From: Toensbergia leucococca
Lineage: Eukaryota
DNA: 49,466 nt
Assembly: GCA_022813965.1 (NCBI GenBank)
Contig: JALDZS010000174.1
Location: forward strand, 1 to 49,466
Direction of reading: 5' to 3'
Under the pieces are notes generated by a model. It worked only from the letters and a program-made list of their open reading frames with translations. It ran no database searches and was not told the origin of the DNA. The position numbers and the translations under genes are program-made. The number at the start of each line of letters is the position of its first letter. Within the stretch, counting starts at the first letter, position 1. Below are positions 34,537 to 46,213 of this stretch, in pieces.

Positions 34537-36372
34537 GTGAAGCTCTGTACTTTTTGGGGACGGATGCTTCGTTAAATAGAATATTCGCTGGAAGGGAGTC
34601 TTGTTATGTTATGGTAAATTCAGTAGTTCTAGGGCCAAAGATTGTGCTTTTCGGGCCTAGCCGGGAGCACATATGTCTGGCGATCAATGGGGGTCCATTC
34701 GGAATAGCACTTCCATGTCTGGTCCCAGCTTGTCCCAGCTTAACCCAGTAGTCCGCTAGCCAGAGACCCCACAGAGCAAGAGCCTCCATGACGGGGCGGA
34801 GCCAGCGAGCCAGTCCACGTTGATGGCGTCGTGTAGTAGTTTTGATACGCTAAGGTGGTTGGTACCTTCAAGGCCTCAAAGATGATTGGTGGATGATCGG
34901 TATGCTGATGTTGGCATTATTGCTGCCGGTACGGGCGACTTGTGGAATTATTTCGTAGGTAGTGTAACAGGCAGTTGGGGGATGCATGGAACTAGGCTCG
35001 GGTGGCACTTGCACACCACAGACCAGCCACTCCCTCTAATCTCACATCGCATCCCGTCGACAAGTTGTCATGCAGACGCCGTCCATCTGTTTCTTCTCTG
35101 CCATGCGCCACCAGAAATGCGCAGCCTAGATCACGCGATTCACAATGTATGCCTCCTTGCGCTCACAAATCTTATTCTGGTGTCTCTCCTTTCTAGCCTT
35201 CCTGGCCGGACCGCCCTCTAATTCCAGTTGGCTTCTTTCCTGCTGCCTGACCACCTGCCTCGCTGCCTTGTCCAGCGCATCCCTTGTGTCTTCCATTTCT
35301 TAGAATTTAGATTCATCAACGACATTTGATATCTTGATGAATTGTCTTGCCTGCATATTTCTAACTATTTTCTCCAGCTAGGCTCTTACCGGCAGCTGGG
35401 GGTCTGCTAAACAATAAGCATTCGACGTGATTGCAAAGGCTGAAACATATTTTAAAACTGGTGAAAAGGGTTGATATGAGTGGAGGAAGGGTTGATAAAG
35501 ATTGAAGAATGATTTGAAAGAGCCAGATCCCAGAACATGCCTACGCTAGAACCACTGCCGCTGGGTGCGGTTCTTGGATTTTGATGAAAACACCTTACTA
35601 CGTGTTATAGCAAGGTATGGGAAGCACAGGGCGTTCAAAAAGGGAGGATCAGCTCAAGCTATTTGAATATGTTGTCGAAGCATATCTGGAGGCTTCGACT
35701 GTCGTCAATATAGCCAACATCGCATCAGCACATCGCCCAATGGCGAAAAGCTTCAGATATCTAAGGATCGAGCAAACCAAAATAAACCACCTTTGCCAAA
35801 TAGTGGCCCAACTTCCTGATTCCGCAAAGACCCGATTATGCATCTCAAAAGCCGAGATCGCATAGACCGAATTCTGTATGGAGGGATTCAACGTCCGGCG
35901 ATTACATGTAATTCTGTTGATGGTAAGGAAATGACTCTCTAGGAGCAAGAGCTCAAATCCAAGTCCTCTGCACTGGCGAATGATGACTTTGCCGTTACGG
36001 AGCAAGTAGACGTGTGGAGACGTATCACGACCTGTCAATCATGAATGTCAAGGGCTCAATTAACTTTGGACTCAATAATCTATTTTGAGTGAGGAACCAA
36101 GCTGTCAGATTTATACAAAAGACTTGGAAACCAAGTGTGAGTGACAACAAGTGTTGGGGCATGCCAATGTAGCCCGATTTCACGTGCTGCTACAGAGTGA
36201 CATGCGATTGCACCGTTGGAGGTATGGATAACGAAACAGTGGAGGTCGAGGGGGAGGGTAGGCATCGGGTTTTGTGATGCTTGTTCGCCCGATTGAACGG
36301 ATGAAATCTGTGAGCCATTGGTCCACCGTTATGGACAATTGACAATGAGATTGCTTGGTAATAACGCGACTC

Positions 36373-36414
36373 CTATCCGTACCCTATACCGAGGTAGGTA
36401 TGGGGTACGGATAG
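36373..36414. repeat. 18-bp inverted repeat with a 6-nt loop (hairpin/cruciform)
   Basis: CTATCCGTACCCTATACC-GAGGTA-GGTATGGGGTACGGATAG. The arms are complementary at 17 of 18 positions and the exception is a T:G wobble. Confidence 0.9.
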
Positions 36415-36752
36415 CGTGAGTATGAAGCTGCCTCCTGCTCAGACAACCCAATCATCTTCTACCATTGTCACGATCCTTCTGCATGCGGCGGTACTGTCGA
36501 TCGCAGCTTGCTCTCCAGATGTTGCAGCTCCGACTTGCTTCAGCAGCCCGATGCTTTGAAATACGATCGTTGATCCTTTTTTGTTCCCGATATCCCGTGC
36601 TTCGGAAGGCAGTGCTCACAATTGATTTAGATCTTGTCTGTATATAAGCATGGCCCTTCCTCAACGTACTTTCGTAATCTCATTCTACTTTTCATCCTTC
36701 TCTATAGTCAAGATTCATAGCAATTTTCCTCTATCTCAATATCATCTCGGCC

Positions 36753-37913
36753 ATGTCTAAACTAGTAGTTGTTCTTGGAGCCACTGGCAATCAGGTTAGT
36801 AAGCCTTTTTGGCCACAAATAGTAATACCTACTCAATGAACTTGCCAGGGTGGCTCTGTCGTGGACGCTTTCCTCAACGAACCTGGTTGGAAGGTCCGAG
36901 GAATTACAAGAGATCCCACCAGAAGCTCCGCCAAGGCTCTCGCTGAAAGAGGCGTAGAAGTTGTAAAGGGAGATATTGGAGACGTCAATAGTCTCATCGA
37001 GGCCTTCAAGGGAGCCACTGCAATATTCGCTGTTACTGATTTCTGGGGCATCTTTGCAGACCCCGATTCAGCCAAGAAGGTCAAGCCTGGCCAAACTATC
37101 AATGAATACTCATATCATGCCGAGTTGAAACAGGCTCAAGGAATCATCGACGCAGCCTCAACTACTGCCAACTCAACTCTCGAGCGATTCGTCTGGTCTT
37201 CACTCTCCAATGCAGAGGTCGCCAGCAAAGGAAAGTATAGTTGGATGTACCACTTCAACAGTAAAGCCGTCGCTGTTGACTACATCCGTGAAACGCATCC
37301 AGCACTTTGGGCCAAAACATCCATGATTCAAGTCGGCTTGTATGCCACCAACTTTGTCAATTTCCCTATGCTATGGCCAAAAAAGGTTTGCCCATCCTTC
37401 GGGCATCTTGCCACAATATTAATGATATTTTTCAGGCAGCCGATGGAGTCTATGAGCTTAGTCAGCCGTGCTCCGGCGATGCTCTAATGCCTTTTATCGT
37501 GACAAGAAAGGACACTGGGGGCTTCGTCAAAGCCCTAATCCAGCTTCCACCTGGTAAAACCGTCTTGGCGTATGGAGATATGATGAGCCACAATGAGTAC
37601 CTCAAGATATGGGCGAAACATAATGGCGTCCAGGCTCGCTTCCGACAAATCACTGTTGACGATTGCGATAAAGCTGCACCTGGCGGATTCGGAAGAGAAG
37701 CTGGAGAGTCGTGGACGTACTTTGAAGAGTTCGGGTATGCTGGTGGAGAAGACGTCATTCATCCTAAAGATGTGAGTATATCAGTTCATAACTCTCGAGT
37801 CTCAAGCACTAACATTGGTGTAGCTTGGAGTTCCTGTATCCACAACTAGCATGGAAACATTTGTCAAGAACGCAGATTGGTCGGAAGCTTTGAAAGGGGA
37901 TTCTCATGCTTAA
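36753..37913 (+). CDS. NmrA-like family NAD(P)-binding protein (atypical SDR), 4 exons
   Basis: MSKLVVVLGATGNQ|GGSVV (Rossmann motif across intron ~36795..36849), VRGITRDP, GVEVVKGD, AIFAVTDFW, LERFVWSSL, HFNSKA and DTGGFVKAL. The last exon ends ...FVKNADWSEALKGDSHA* at 37913. Confidence 0.9.
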
Positions 37914-39109
37914 GGGGCCCTAGTGTTCTCACGGGAGCCTTTTTCTACCAGTGGAGAATCCCGTTACTCAATGAAGTTCACCATTCCTCTATATTTCGTT
38001 GTCATGATGAATCTCAATTTCCGTATGAGTCGTCCCATATCTTTTATCTCTGCATGAATAGAATCGTGAAAGATCCTTTGTGAATTTTCCTGTCGTTTCT
38101 ATCCTCATTTGCTACTACTTAAGGCTTCCATTCCCCTCACAAACCGTCCCTCTTACAGCCCATGACTTAAGTCTTTCAACATATATTACACCCAGCACTG
38201 ATATATATATAACTCGAAAGCATCAACCAAACTCTTTAGTACTATACCAAAATAACTTCATCATCGATCTGACAAACACTACCACCCTTTCCAATCCTCA
38301 CCTCACCTTACACCTTCTCACCTGAGCAATGTGGAAACAGGTTCTGCAAGATGCTCACAAACAATCAGCAGGTAGTAGAGAAGCTTTACTACTACATACT
38401 TAAATCAATACTGGATACGGGCTTGAGTAAGAGGAGAAACCCGGTGACCCGTGGATCAGATGAACAAGAGTGATCCCATACTCTAAACATACTTCATATA
38501 AACACACCAACCTGCCCGTCATTTGTTGGCTCCAACCAGCCAGCAGTGTGGATTTGATGTCATCTTCAGCCACTGGGCATTCTCCTCAACTCTGCCCGAA
38601 AGCCGGGCACAACACGCCGCATACTTACACTACTAGCTTGCTGTGGGTTCGCCGAAGCCAAAGAAAGAATCATTCTAGAATCTTCAAGGTGAGAATACCA
38701 TTACCTGATCCAGAATTTAATCTCGCCGACAATAGTGGTGCACGTAGCAAGTGTTGGCTATGTTAGGCAGGAAGAGTGTTTATAGAAGAGGAGCAGAGGA
38801 GCCCAGACAAGACAAGACTGAGCCGGCCGGTCAAAGTTCTCCTGCGAGTCCCGCTTGGCCCTGAGAAGCACGCCGTCTGTGTTGGGGAGCGGAGGGGTTC
38901 GAGTCGAGGGAATGCCGTGTTCGCGTCACTAAATGAAAGCAACGTGATGAACATTTCAAACCAGCATCAGGAACCGATATGGTGAGCCAGTAGGATAAAA
39001 TTCGGTCAATAAGCCTCGTTGTTCTTTTGACAACATCGACTTGCAGTCAATGTTGTCAAGTGAATTCTATTTTCAGGTTCCCTTCAAGTACAGTCTCGAA
39101 CTCTCAGGA

Positions 39110-39790
39110 TAGAGTTTGTCAGGTCCCCACCAATGTCAGTCACCACTTGTCCAGCACTAAGACACATCGCGACCTCTTATTGCTTGTGCCGTATCGCGAT
39201 CGTGAACGAAATTACAAGGTTGTTTTTCTCATCTGCATTCCCTAATAGAACGAAAGAGAATGGAAGTGGGTTCTCAATACTATTCTTACCCCTGAACATC
39301 TTGGATGACCCGCAAACCTGGCTGGATAGTATGAAAGGTACCTATAGTCTCAGTGATATACTCTCAGGTATGAGTGATCCAGCGGCGATAGGCTTGATCA
39401 AAGATGTATCTCATGGGGGAAAAACGTTTGTTTTTCACAGGATCAAGCAGAACCTGCAAGATCCTAATGAAATAGAGACTCCCATCCACATGAAAACGCT
39501 ACTCAAGGTCAAGAGACTGTCTAAAAGAGTCAACTTTCTACATCAGGTTCCCCCGGATGCTGTACCGATAACTGACGAGTTCGCTTACCTGAATCCAAAT
39601 AGATGCATAATTAGCTGACTTTCGATGTCCTATTCCAAATTCGCAATGTACATCCCTTCAATCATGCACCGCATAGAAAAGGTTCTTTTAGTTGCACGCG
39701 TGTCGCGGAGTCCTCGCACCAATCGAGCTCTCAAGCCGAAGAGATGTCCTGTGTGCACTATGTTCTTCATACACGCACCTCCAGCTGAAA
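39110..39790 (+). pseudogene. Fragment of a Dicer-like 2 gene covering the region just upstream of RNase IIIa, disrupted
   Basis: Reading through TGA 39616..39618 gives TRLFFSSAFPNR...FSILFLP...GLIKDVSHGGKTFVF...LKVKRLSKRVNFLH...CIIS*LSMSYSKFAMYIPSIMHRIEKVLLVA. After a frameshift it continues VLAPIELSSRRDVLCALCSS. This follows the motif order I recall for fungal DCL2 (RRDFLH...C.VD.LP..Y..F...IPSI.H..E..L.A..L...L.P). No ERLEFLGD motif follows. Confidence 0.65.
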
Positions 39791-40168
39791 TTATCTACCC
39801 AACCCAACGTTCCAAAGTGGTTTTTCAGAAATGAATGAAAGTTTTGAATCAAGGTTTGCAAAGAGAGTTTCCCAACGAAAATTTTCAGCAAAAGCTTTGA
39901 ATGTGTCAAAGTAAGAATTCCGCTTTTCTGGATTGAATTTTCCTACGAAGCTGACACAGTATATAACATAGCCATGGAATAGATCTTCGCTGAGAAACGG
40001 AATCAACCAGCGTCAATTGAACGCCGACTTCAGCCATCCAAGCGGCTTTGATTTCCTGTCCATCTTTTATCGGACAACTCACCCTCGTCTCCAGAACGAC
40101 AACCACTAGCATTACAAGTTCTTCGATGGATCACATTAAGCATGGTTCTCGCCACGCAGCCCATCAGA

Positions 40169-40212
40169 TTCGTACCCAGTTCGTACCCAGTTCGTACCCA
40201 GATTCGTACCTA
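40169..40212 (+). repeat. 11-bp tandem repeat (TTCGTACCCAG), about 4 copies
   Basis: ttcgtacccag ttcgtacccag ttcgtacccag a ttcgtacctag. Confidence 0.9.
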
Positions 40213-40477
40213 GCTTTGTCCCTGTACCATTCAAGACCTTCGATGGGGAAATTATTACTACGAATTTCTGCAGACTTCGTGGCTCATGGTAAGTATTGTG
40301 TCACCAAATTATCCTTTCTCCATCACTAACTTTCAATCAGAATTGCATCTATGACTGCAAATACCTTAATCGTTGAGCCTGTATGATGAAATCAATCCTA
40401 CGCGGGGCCATGGAGAGGCGTGTGTTAGTGAGATTCCATGGATTCCAATAATTCTGAAGAGAAGACTCATGCAAAGG

Positions 40478-40790
40478 CTTGACATCGCGGATCGTCAAAA
40501 TGCGCACAGCATGAATCTCGCGGTGAGAACCATTGTTGAACTCTTCAAGATGGCGAATTGAGTGAAAGAGGTTCATTGAGAGATTCTTGCATTTTCAGTG
40601 TCTCATAGTTAGAAGAATGTGCGGATTTATTGGTACTGTCCAGATGTTGAGTGCGCAAAGATTACCATTTAGCAGCATCCGATTGAACATTCTAGCATTT
40701 AAGAAATGGGAGGTGGATGGTAGAAACTAACAGGCAACATACATGTTCACGCAAAACCTTTACAACAAATAGACGACAACTCATCTCAAA
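40478..40790 (+). pseudogene. Relic of a fungal DUF7924-type (putative PD-(D/E)xK nuclease-like) gene with multiple in-frame stops
   Basis: LDIADRQNAHSMNLAVRTIVELFKMAN*VKEVH*EILAFSVSHS*KNVRIYWYCPDV...TI*QHPI matches the family pattern LDIADRQNAHSM.LAVR.IVELF...R.KE.HREILAFS.SH...VRIY.HY......Y.HPI. Confidence 0.75.
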
Positions 40791-42429
40791 CGAACATCTT
40801 CTGTCATTAGTGGGAACTACCTCGCGGATCGGAGCCGCAGACGCCGGAGTCACCCGGACTCTCACAAGGACTGAGAAATCAAGTGTCGTTGAAGCAAACA
40901 AGAGGCCATCGCACCCAACCACCCGACTTCTACATATGAACCCTCCCCCTGATATTCCTGAAAACGATGCTATGACAGAGATGGAGAATCGAGTTACTAA
41001 TTGAAGAAACTGAAGAAATGAGACTTTAGCTGGGAGAAGGTTGGCATGAAAATCCGTCTTTCCTGGCATCAGCATCGATGTGCTTTCTAACTTCCTTTGT
41101 ATGACTCCTAGCACGGGTTAATATAGGGTTAGGTGAGGTTGTTGAGTGGGTGTACATTCAGGAGGTCAAAGGGAAGGCAAGCCAATATAGGTGGCTCTGA
41201 GTAACTCTGAGAAGGATCTTTCAAGCACCATTAGTCCGTCTTTGAGCCAACTTACAATGGAAGCTCATATGGTTAGCAAGGAATGAAGAGTTGAATCAAA
41301 AATCATCTCAATTCACAGTATCGAAGCAAACACCTCTGTAATACACTGTACATTACAATGAATCACCTCAGCGCCATGACCTCGTTCGTTCGTCTGCTGA
41401 GCTACAAGGAGCGGGTACCAATTGACCAAGATCGAGAGTCAAATTGCTTACACTCTAGGAGTCACGCCAACCTGATATTCATACGTGGGAGTTGAATTAC
41501 TCCACGTATTAGATCAAAATTGGAGATAGCCTTGATCATGTCCTCAGAAACCACTGTTAGAGAGATTCTATGGTTCGTCTTAGCCGTGCGCTTACATTGG
41601 TTTTCCGTGCTGATCACCCTCGTGGTCTGGGACAAACTTCCGTGTGGACACGACTAATATGGGAGGAGCTGAAGTCGCGTATGCTTTGAGAGATGAACGT
41701 TGGGCATCAAAGAGTCTCTCTCGGCCACAAATTTGGTCTGCAAATTTGAGAGTCGAACGCCACAAGACTTACAGATAATCCACGGACAATCAGTCGGAAG
41801 GAAGAAGCCAAGGCATTTTCACAACCAAGCCGTAGAATTGAAATGACAACCTTTGCCTCATTCAACAAGCCCCAAGATAATACCTTTGATAGAGAGGATG
41901 ATGACGACTGAAGACCTTCCCCCCGTCAAAACATCAAACTCAAATGAAAAAGACGGAGCCTCCGAGGCTTTACCACATGATGAAAACACTGCCTAGCCTG
42001 AACATGAAGATGACTGAGGAAAATCCAATGATATTCCGAGTACAAGCTGATTTAAAGGCCTGGCAGATATAATTCAGCCTCCTCTCAACAAAATGGCAAA
42101 TCTACTTTGAAGCCAGAATACTCACAAAGGAACGATATGACTCCTGATCAAAGACGTTCACTCTTGAGTCATCGTTGCGTCAAGGTGAATTACGCATTGA
42201 TGAATACTAGGTCTTGAATGTCGGTTCGATCGTGGCATGTCAAACTTGAAAAATGGACATGACATTGTCTTTTTATATTGATTTTCGTAAGTTCGAGGAG
42301 GGAGGATGGCACAGAAATTCCCTCTGAGCTATTATTCTGGTCAATCTAGTCCATTCCTTACTAATAGCATCATTTCTCCTAGCCAACAGCTTATATCATT
42401 TACTTATCTCGCTGCACGCCTCCTCTCTC

Positions 42430-42936
42430 CTAAAGATTAAGTGAATACAGAGAGATAGAAGCTCTCAGTGAGCTGAACCACTCCTACTGACAAACCCTTC
42501 ACATAAAAGTTTAGGCCAGTTTGACATTAAACATGGATATTGGGCGGTACTCGTACACCCTGACGACCGACATTACCTGGCGTTCAATGTACCTGGTATG
42601 AGACAGCTACAATCAACTCGAATGCCTCAGGGCACCGGAACGTCATCTTTCACCTTTACAGAACTTATGAATATCGTTCTAGGCCCCATTCCTGGACCAA
42701 ATCCGGAACCATCGCTGATTTATGAATATTCTGAAGAGGAAAATGCCGAACGCCGAGAATCGGCCACAAGGATGGCCTTCTACATCGATGACAGTTTTGT
42801 AGCCCACTCGTTTGGAAAACAGTACGAATTCTTGAGAAACCATCTTCTCCCACGATTCTTATAGGCAAGGCTTCATCTATCGTTTCCTAGACTGTCTCTA
42901 TTCGTCACTAGAGTCCTGAACCTTAGAGAAATCCAT
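42430..42936 (+). mobile_element. Ty3/Gypsy-like LTR retrotransposon reverse transcriptase fragment (copy A), degenerate
   Basis: QFDIKHGYWAVLVHPDDRHYLAFNVPGMRQLQSTRMPQGTGTSSFTFTELMNIVLGPIP...MAFYIDDSFVAHSFGKQYEFLRNHLLPRFL*ARLHLSFPRLSLFVTRVLNL. Contains the RT motifs D..GYW, MPQG and YIDD. Confidence 0.85.
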
Positions 42937-44502
42937 GTGTCCTTGGCTCAGCTAATCGGACACAGTAGGAGCCCGTGGTTACGTATCTATATATACGGTG
43001 CGGCCCGTCTGATTGGGACCCATATCTCGACTACGAATGGTCTCGAGGATAGCACAAAATTTCTGCTTTGTACCACTGAAACAGACAGATTTTCAAAGAT
43101 AATGGTTTATGAGGACAAACCTTGCAAAACCATCATGAAGCTTCGGAACCCGCTGCTACAATGCCAAAGTACGCTTACCCTGATATATTTGAAAGTTTCA
43201 TGAAGCCTAGGTTATCCACAACGCTCAAAGAATAATCAAACTCATCAGAATGAACAGAGATGAGTTGAAATGCGGCCCGACTTCGCCGACATTTGAGAGA
43301 ACCACTGACAGAGAAACCTTATTATCTGTGCGCTATATTCCCCCTTTTCAACCCCACAATTACGCTCAAATTGGGCTAACAATGTCACTATAGTGACAAT
43401 ATATAATCTGAAGGACCATTCATTCACGCAGAGACGCCTCAACAAGGATAAAATTTAAGCCCAGCATACTCAGATGAAAGCTAGACAAAACCTGAATCCT
43501 GATCATCCCCGCCATCCCAGACCCAGCACTCCTGGCCCGCAACCACCGCGCCCACCTCGCCTGAAGCATGAAAACTTTGAGCTCAAGCAAGAGAGATGAG
43601 GCATCGCGAACACCTTAGAAAGGCGTTAGGATCACTGATACCCTGAATATAGCGCTCCTCAATGTTAAGAAATATACTTCTGACTTCTGTACTTATGGTC
43701 TTATGAGTTCTAACGAGGAAGATGTCGCTGTAAAGAAGTTGAACAAGAACGGTGAAGGAGATCCCTAACCTGATAGAATTAAACGCCAGGGTGAACCTTA
43801 GGGAAATTCCTCTATTGTAGAGGATTTGAGGACAATATATGTCTCAGAAGATGATCTACAGACAGAAATACAGAAGCTCTCACGACGGGTTTCTTCTATG
43901 ACTTCTAGAAGCCATCAACTGATAAGGAGTAAGAAGATGTACAAGAAGAATCACTGCTGTCAAAGAAGGCGAACAGAGCTGCTCGAGGCACAACGAAGCG
44001 CAAGGTCGCGGAAAGCTTAAGCGTGCTGCTTTCAAGAAGAAGGCGCGTAACGGGCGATCCAATTGTAATTCCTTAGGGGTACCCGAATGTCTTGATAGTG
44101 AATTGACAGCTGTCTGTCAGGAAGCTTTCATTATGAGGCAGGAATCATAACTCTAAAGAATGCTCACCTTGATATTATTGGGCCAATTGACCGTCAGAAA
44201 TTGCGGCAGAGCCTACGGATACACTTCCCTAAAGCCGGACAGAACTTACAACACCGGGTCCCTGGTTCCTGTTTAGGCTCCTATTCAGCCTCATGCTTCA
44301 GGCTTCAGTGCGACCTCAGTCAACTTCAGGGACTTTTGATCCTGTTTCATCTTCAGAGATGACCGGAGCGGAACATCAAGATATGAGGCTGTGGCAAGAT
44401 GAAAAGATAAAGTGAGAACATTTTCATAAAGAGTTGATGAATAGTCTCTATAGCGCTGAGGTAGAGAGCCTGATATTGAGGGCAAGAAATGTCAGTTCAG
44501 CT

Positions 44503-45072
44503 CCGCAGGGAACGGGAACATCATCCTTCACTTTCACAGAGCTCATAAACATCGTCCTAGGACCGATCCCAGAACCACACCCTAAACCATCGTTGATCTA
44601 CGAGAATGTTGAGGAACGAAAATCGGTTACTAGGATGGCATTTTACATAGATGACAGTTTCGTCGCACACTCTTCGTTCGAAAGACCATGAATTTCTGAG
44701 AGATCATCTTTTACCCAGGTTCTTGTGGGCGAGGCTCCGCTTAGCCTTCCCCAAATTGTGGCTGTTTGTCACGAAGGTTCTGGCGCTAGGGGAGATACAT
44801 GAGATAGGTGGAGCGATTTCGATCATACCTCAGAATATAGCTAATTTGCTGGAGTGGCCTGCTCCACAAGACGTAAGCCATGTACGTGGGTTCCTAGGCA
44901 CATGCCAAACAGTGCGGCGCTGTGTCAAATCGTTTGCAGAAATCGCACGCCCACTCCAACAACTTGCTGGAAAGGTCACATGGAGATGGACTGAATCAGA
45001 AGAATTGTCCTTTCTCTTACTTCGCGAATTATGTGCTACAAAAGGCCAAAATGTTCGGGTGGGACCCTAACT
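44503..45072 (+). mobile_element. Ty3/Gypsy-like RT and connection-domain fragment (copy B), frameshifted
   Basis: PQGTGTSSFTFTELINIVLGPIP...FYIDDSFVAH / HEFLRDHLLPRFLWARLRLAFPKLWLFVTKVLALGEIHEIGG...LLEWPAPQDVSHVRGFLGTCQTVRRCVKSFAEIARPLQQLAGKVTWRWTESEELSFLLLREL / MFGWDP. Confidence 0.88.
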
Positions 45073-46213
45073 TACCTCGTTACTCCGTCACTCTTTTGCT
45101 CTGAGTGATATGTCTTCAAGTCATGGAGAGTCTTTTATGAGTCATGAACGTTCTGTGAAACGTGAACGATCTCCTTACTGAAGACCATTGACGTCAAGAA
45201 GGGCCTCATCTTCAATGATGACACACGGAGATAATCAACCACCCGCTTCTGCCAGGCCCTGAAAAGATTCTGGATACAACGCTTTCCTCAGCACTGTCTT
45301 GTTTCACCTTGATGCTGTGACCCTGCTCTGTGAACCTCGATGAAAACTGTTCCATTCACATACACAGGGGAAAGGGGGGCAGAGGCGCGAAGCGGAATGA
45401 GTGAGAAGGGAGAGAAGGGGACGCTGTGACGGCGACGATAAAACCGGCGCGCTGCGAACGATAAAAGAACACTGTTCATCATGATATCAAGTCTCTGACA
45501 TAGTCTAAGTGACCTGCGAAAGTAGGTAGGCTGAGGCGACTAACACAGTCAAACGTACCTACAGGTCCTACATCCTAGAGACAGAGCTCGCCGTTTTTGA
45601 TCGTCTTTGACACACCTTTCATTCGACAACGACTCTACACTTTACACTCGATTCTAAACATCGACATAATCTTCATTCATTAAAGAGAACAACTTCACCT
45701 CATCTTACAGAAACTCTATTTTCATCTTCTTTTCATCCACATGCTCCGCTCGCAGGCAGTAGGCTTTCATCATTTCAGAGGGTCATCAGATACATGGCTA
45801 TGGTCATCGTTGCCGTCTTTATGGCATGCGAAGCCGGGCACATTGCTGGGATTACTTTTCTGGACCCGATGGCTACAGTCACTTTCCTTCCATCTGCTCT
45901 GCCACAACCTAAGCCCCCCCCAACTCCATCAGCAGCACCGTCCTCACTTCCACCTGCTTTTCCACAATCACATCCCTTCACAACTTCAAAAGCAGCATCG
46001 TCCTTGCTTACACTCTCACTGCTACACTTGGGCGCGGACGATCAACATTGAGCATTCCCGACATCGCGACGAGTCGTTAGAAAGGAGAAAGACGTATCCA
46101 AAGATCTTGAATTTCAGAATAAATGGGTTGAAGAGGATAAAATAATTTTGGGAGAGGCAATTCCTGACGAGATATCCAGATTGAAGGTACTCCAATTGCT
46201 GTGAACGTATCAT

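Noticed and set aside
45794..46051. 85-aa ORF with a hydrophobic N-terminus and Pro/Ser-rich body (possible small secreted protein)
   Set aside because: Short, lies between retroelement fragments, and has no family motif or splice evidence; cannot be told from chance.
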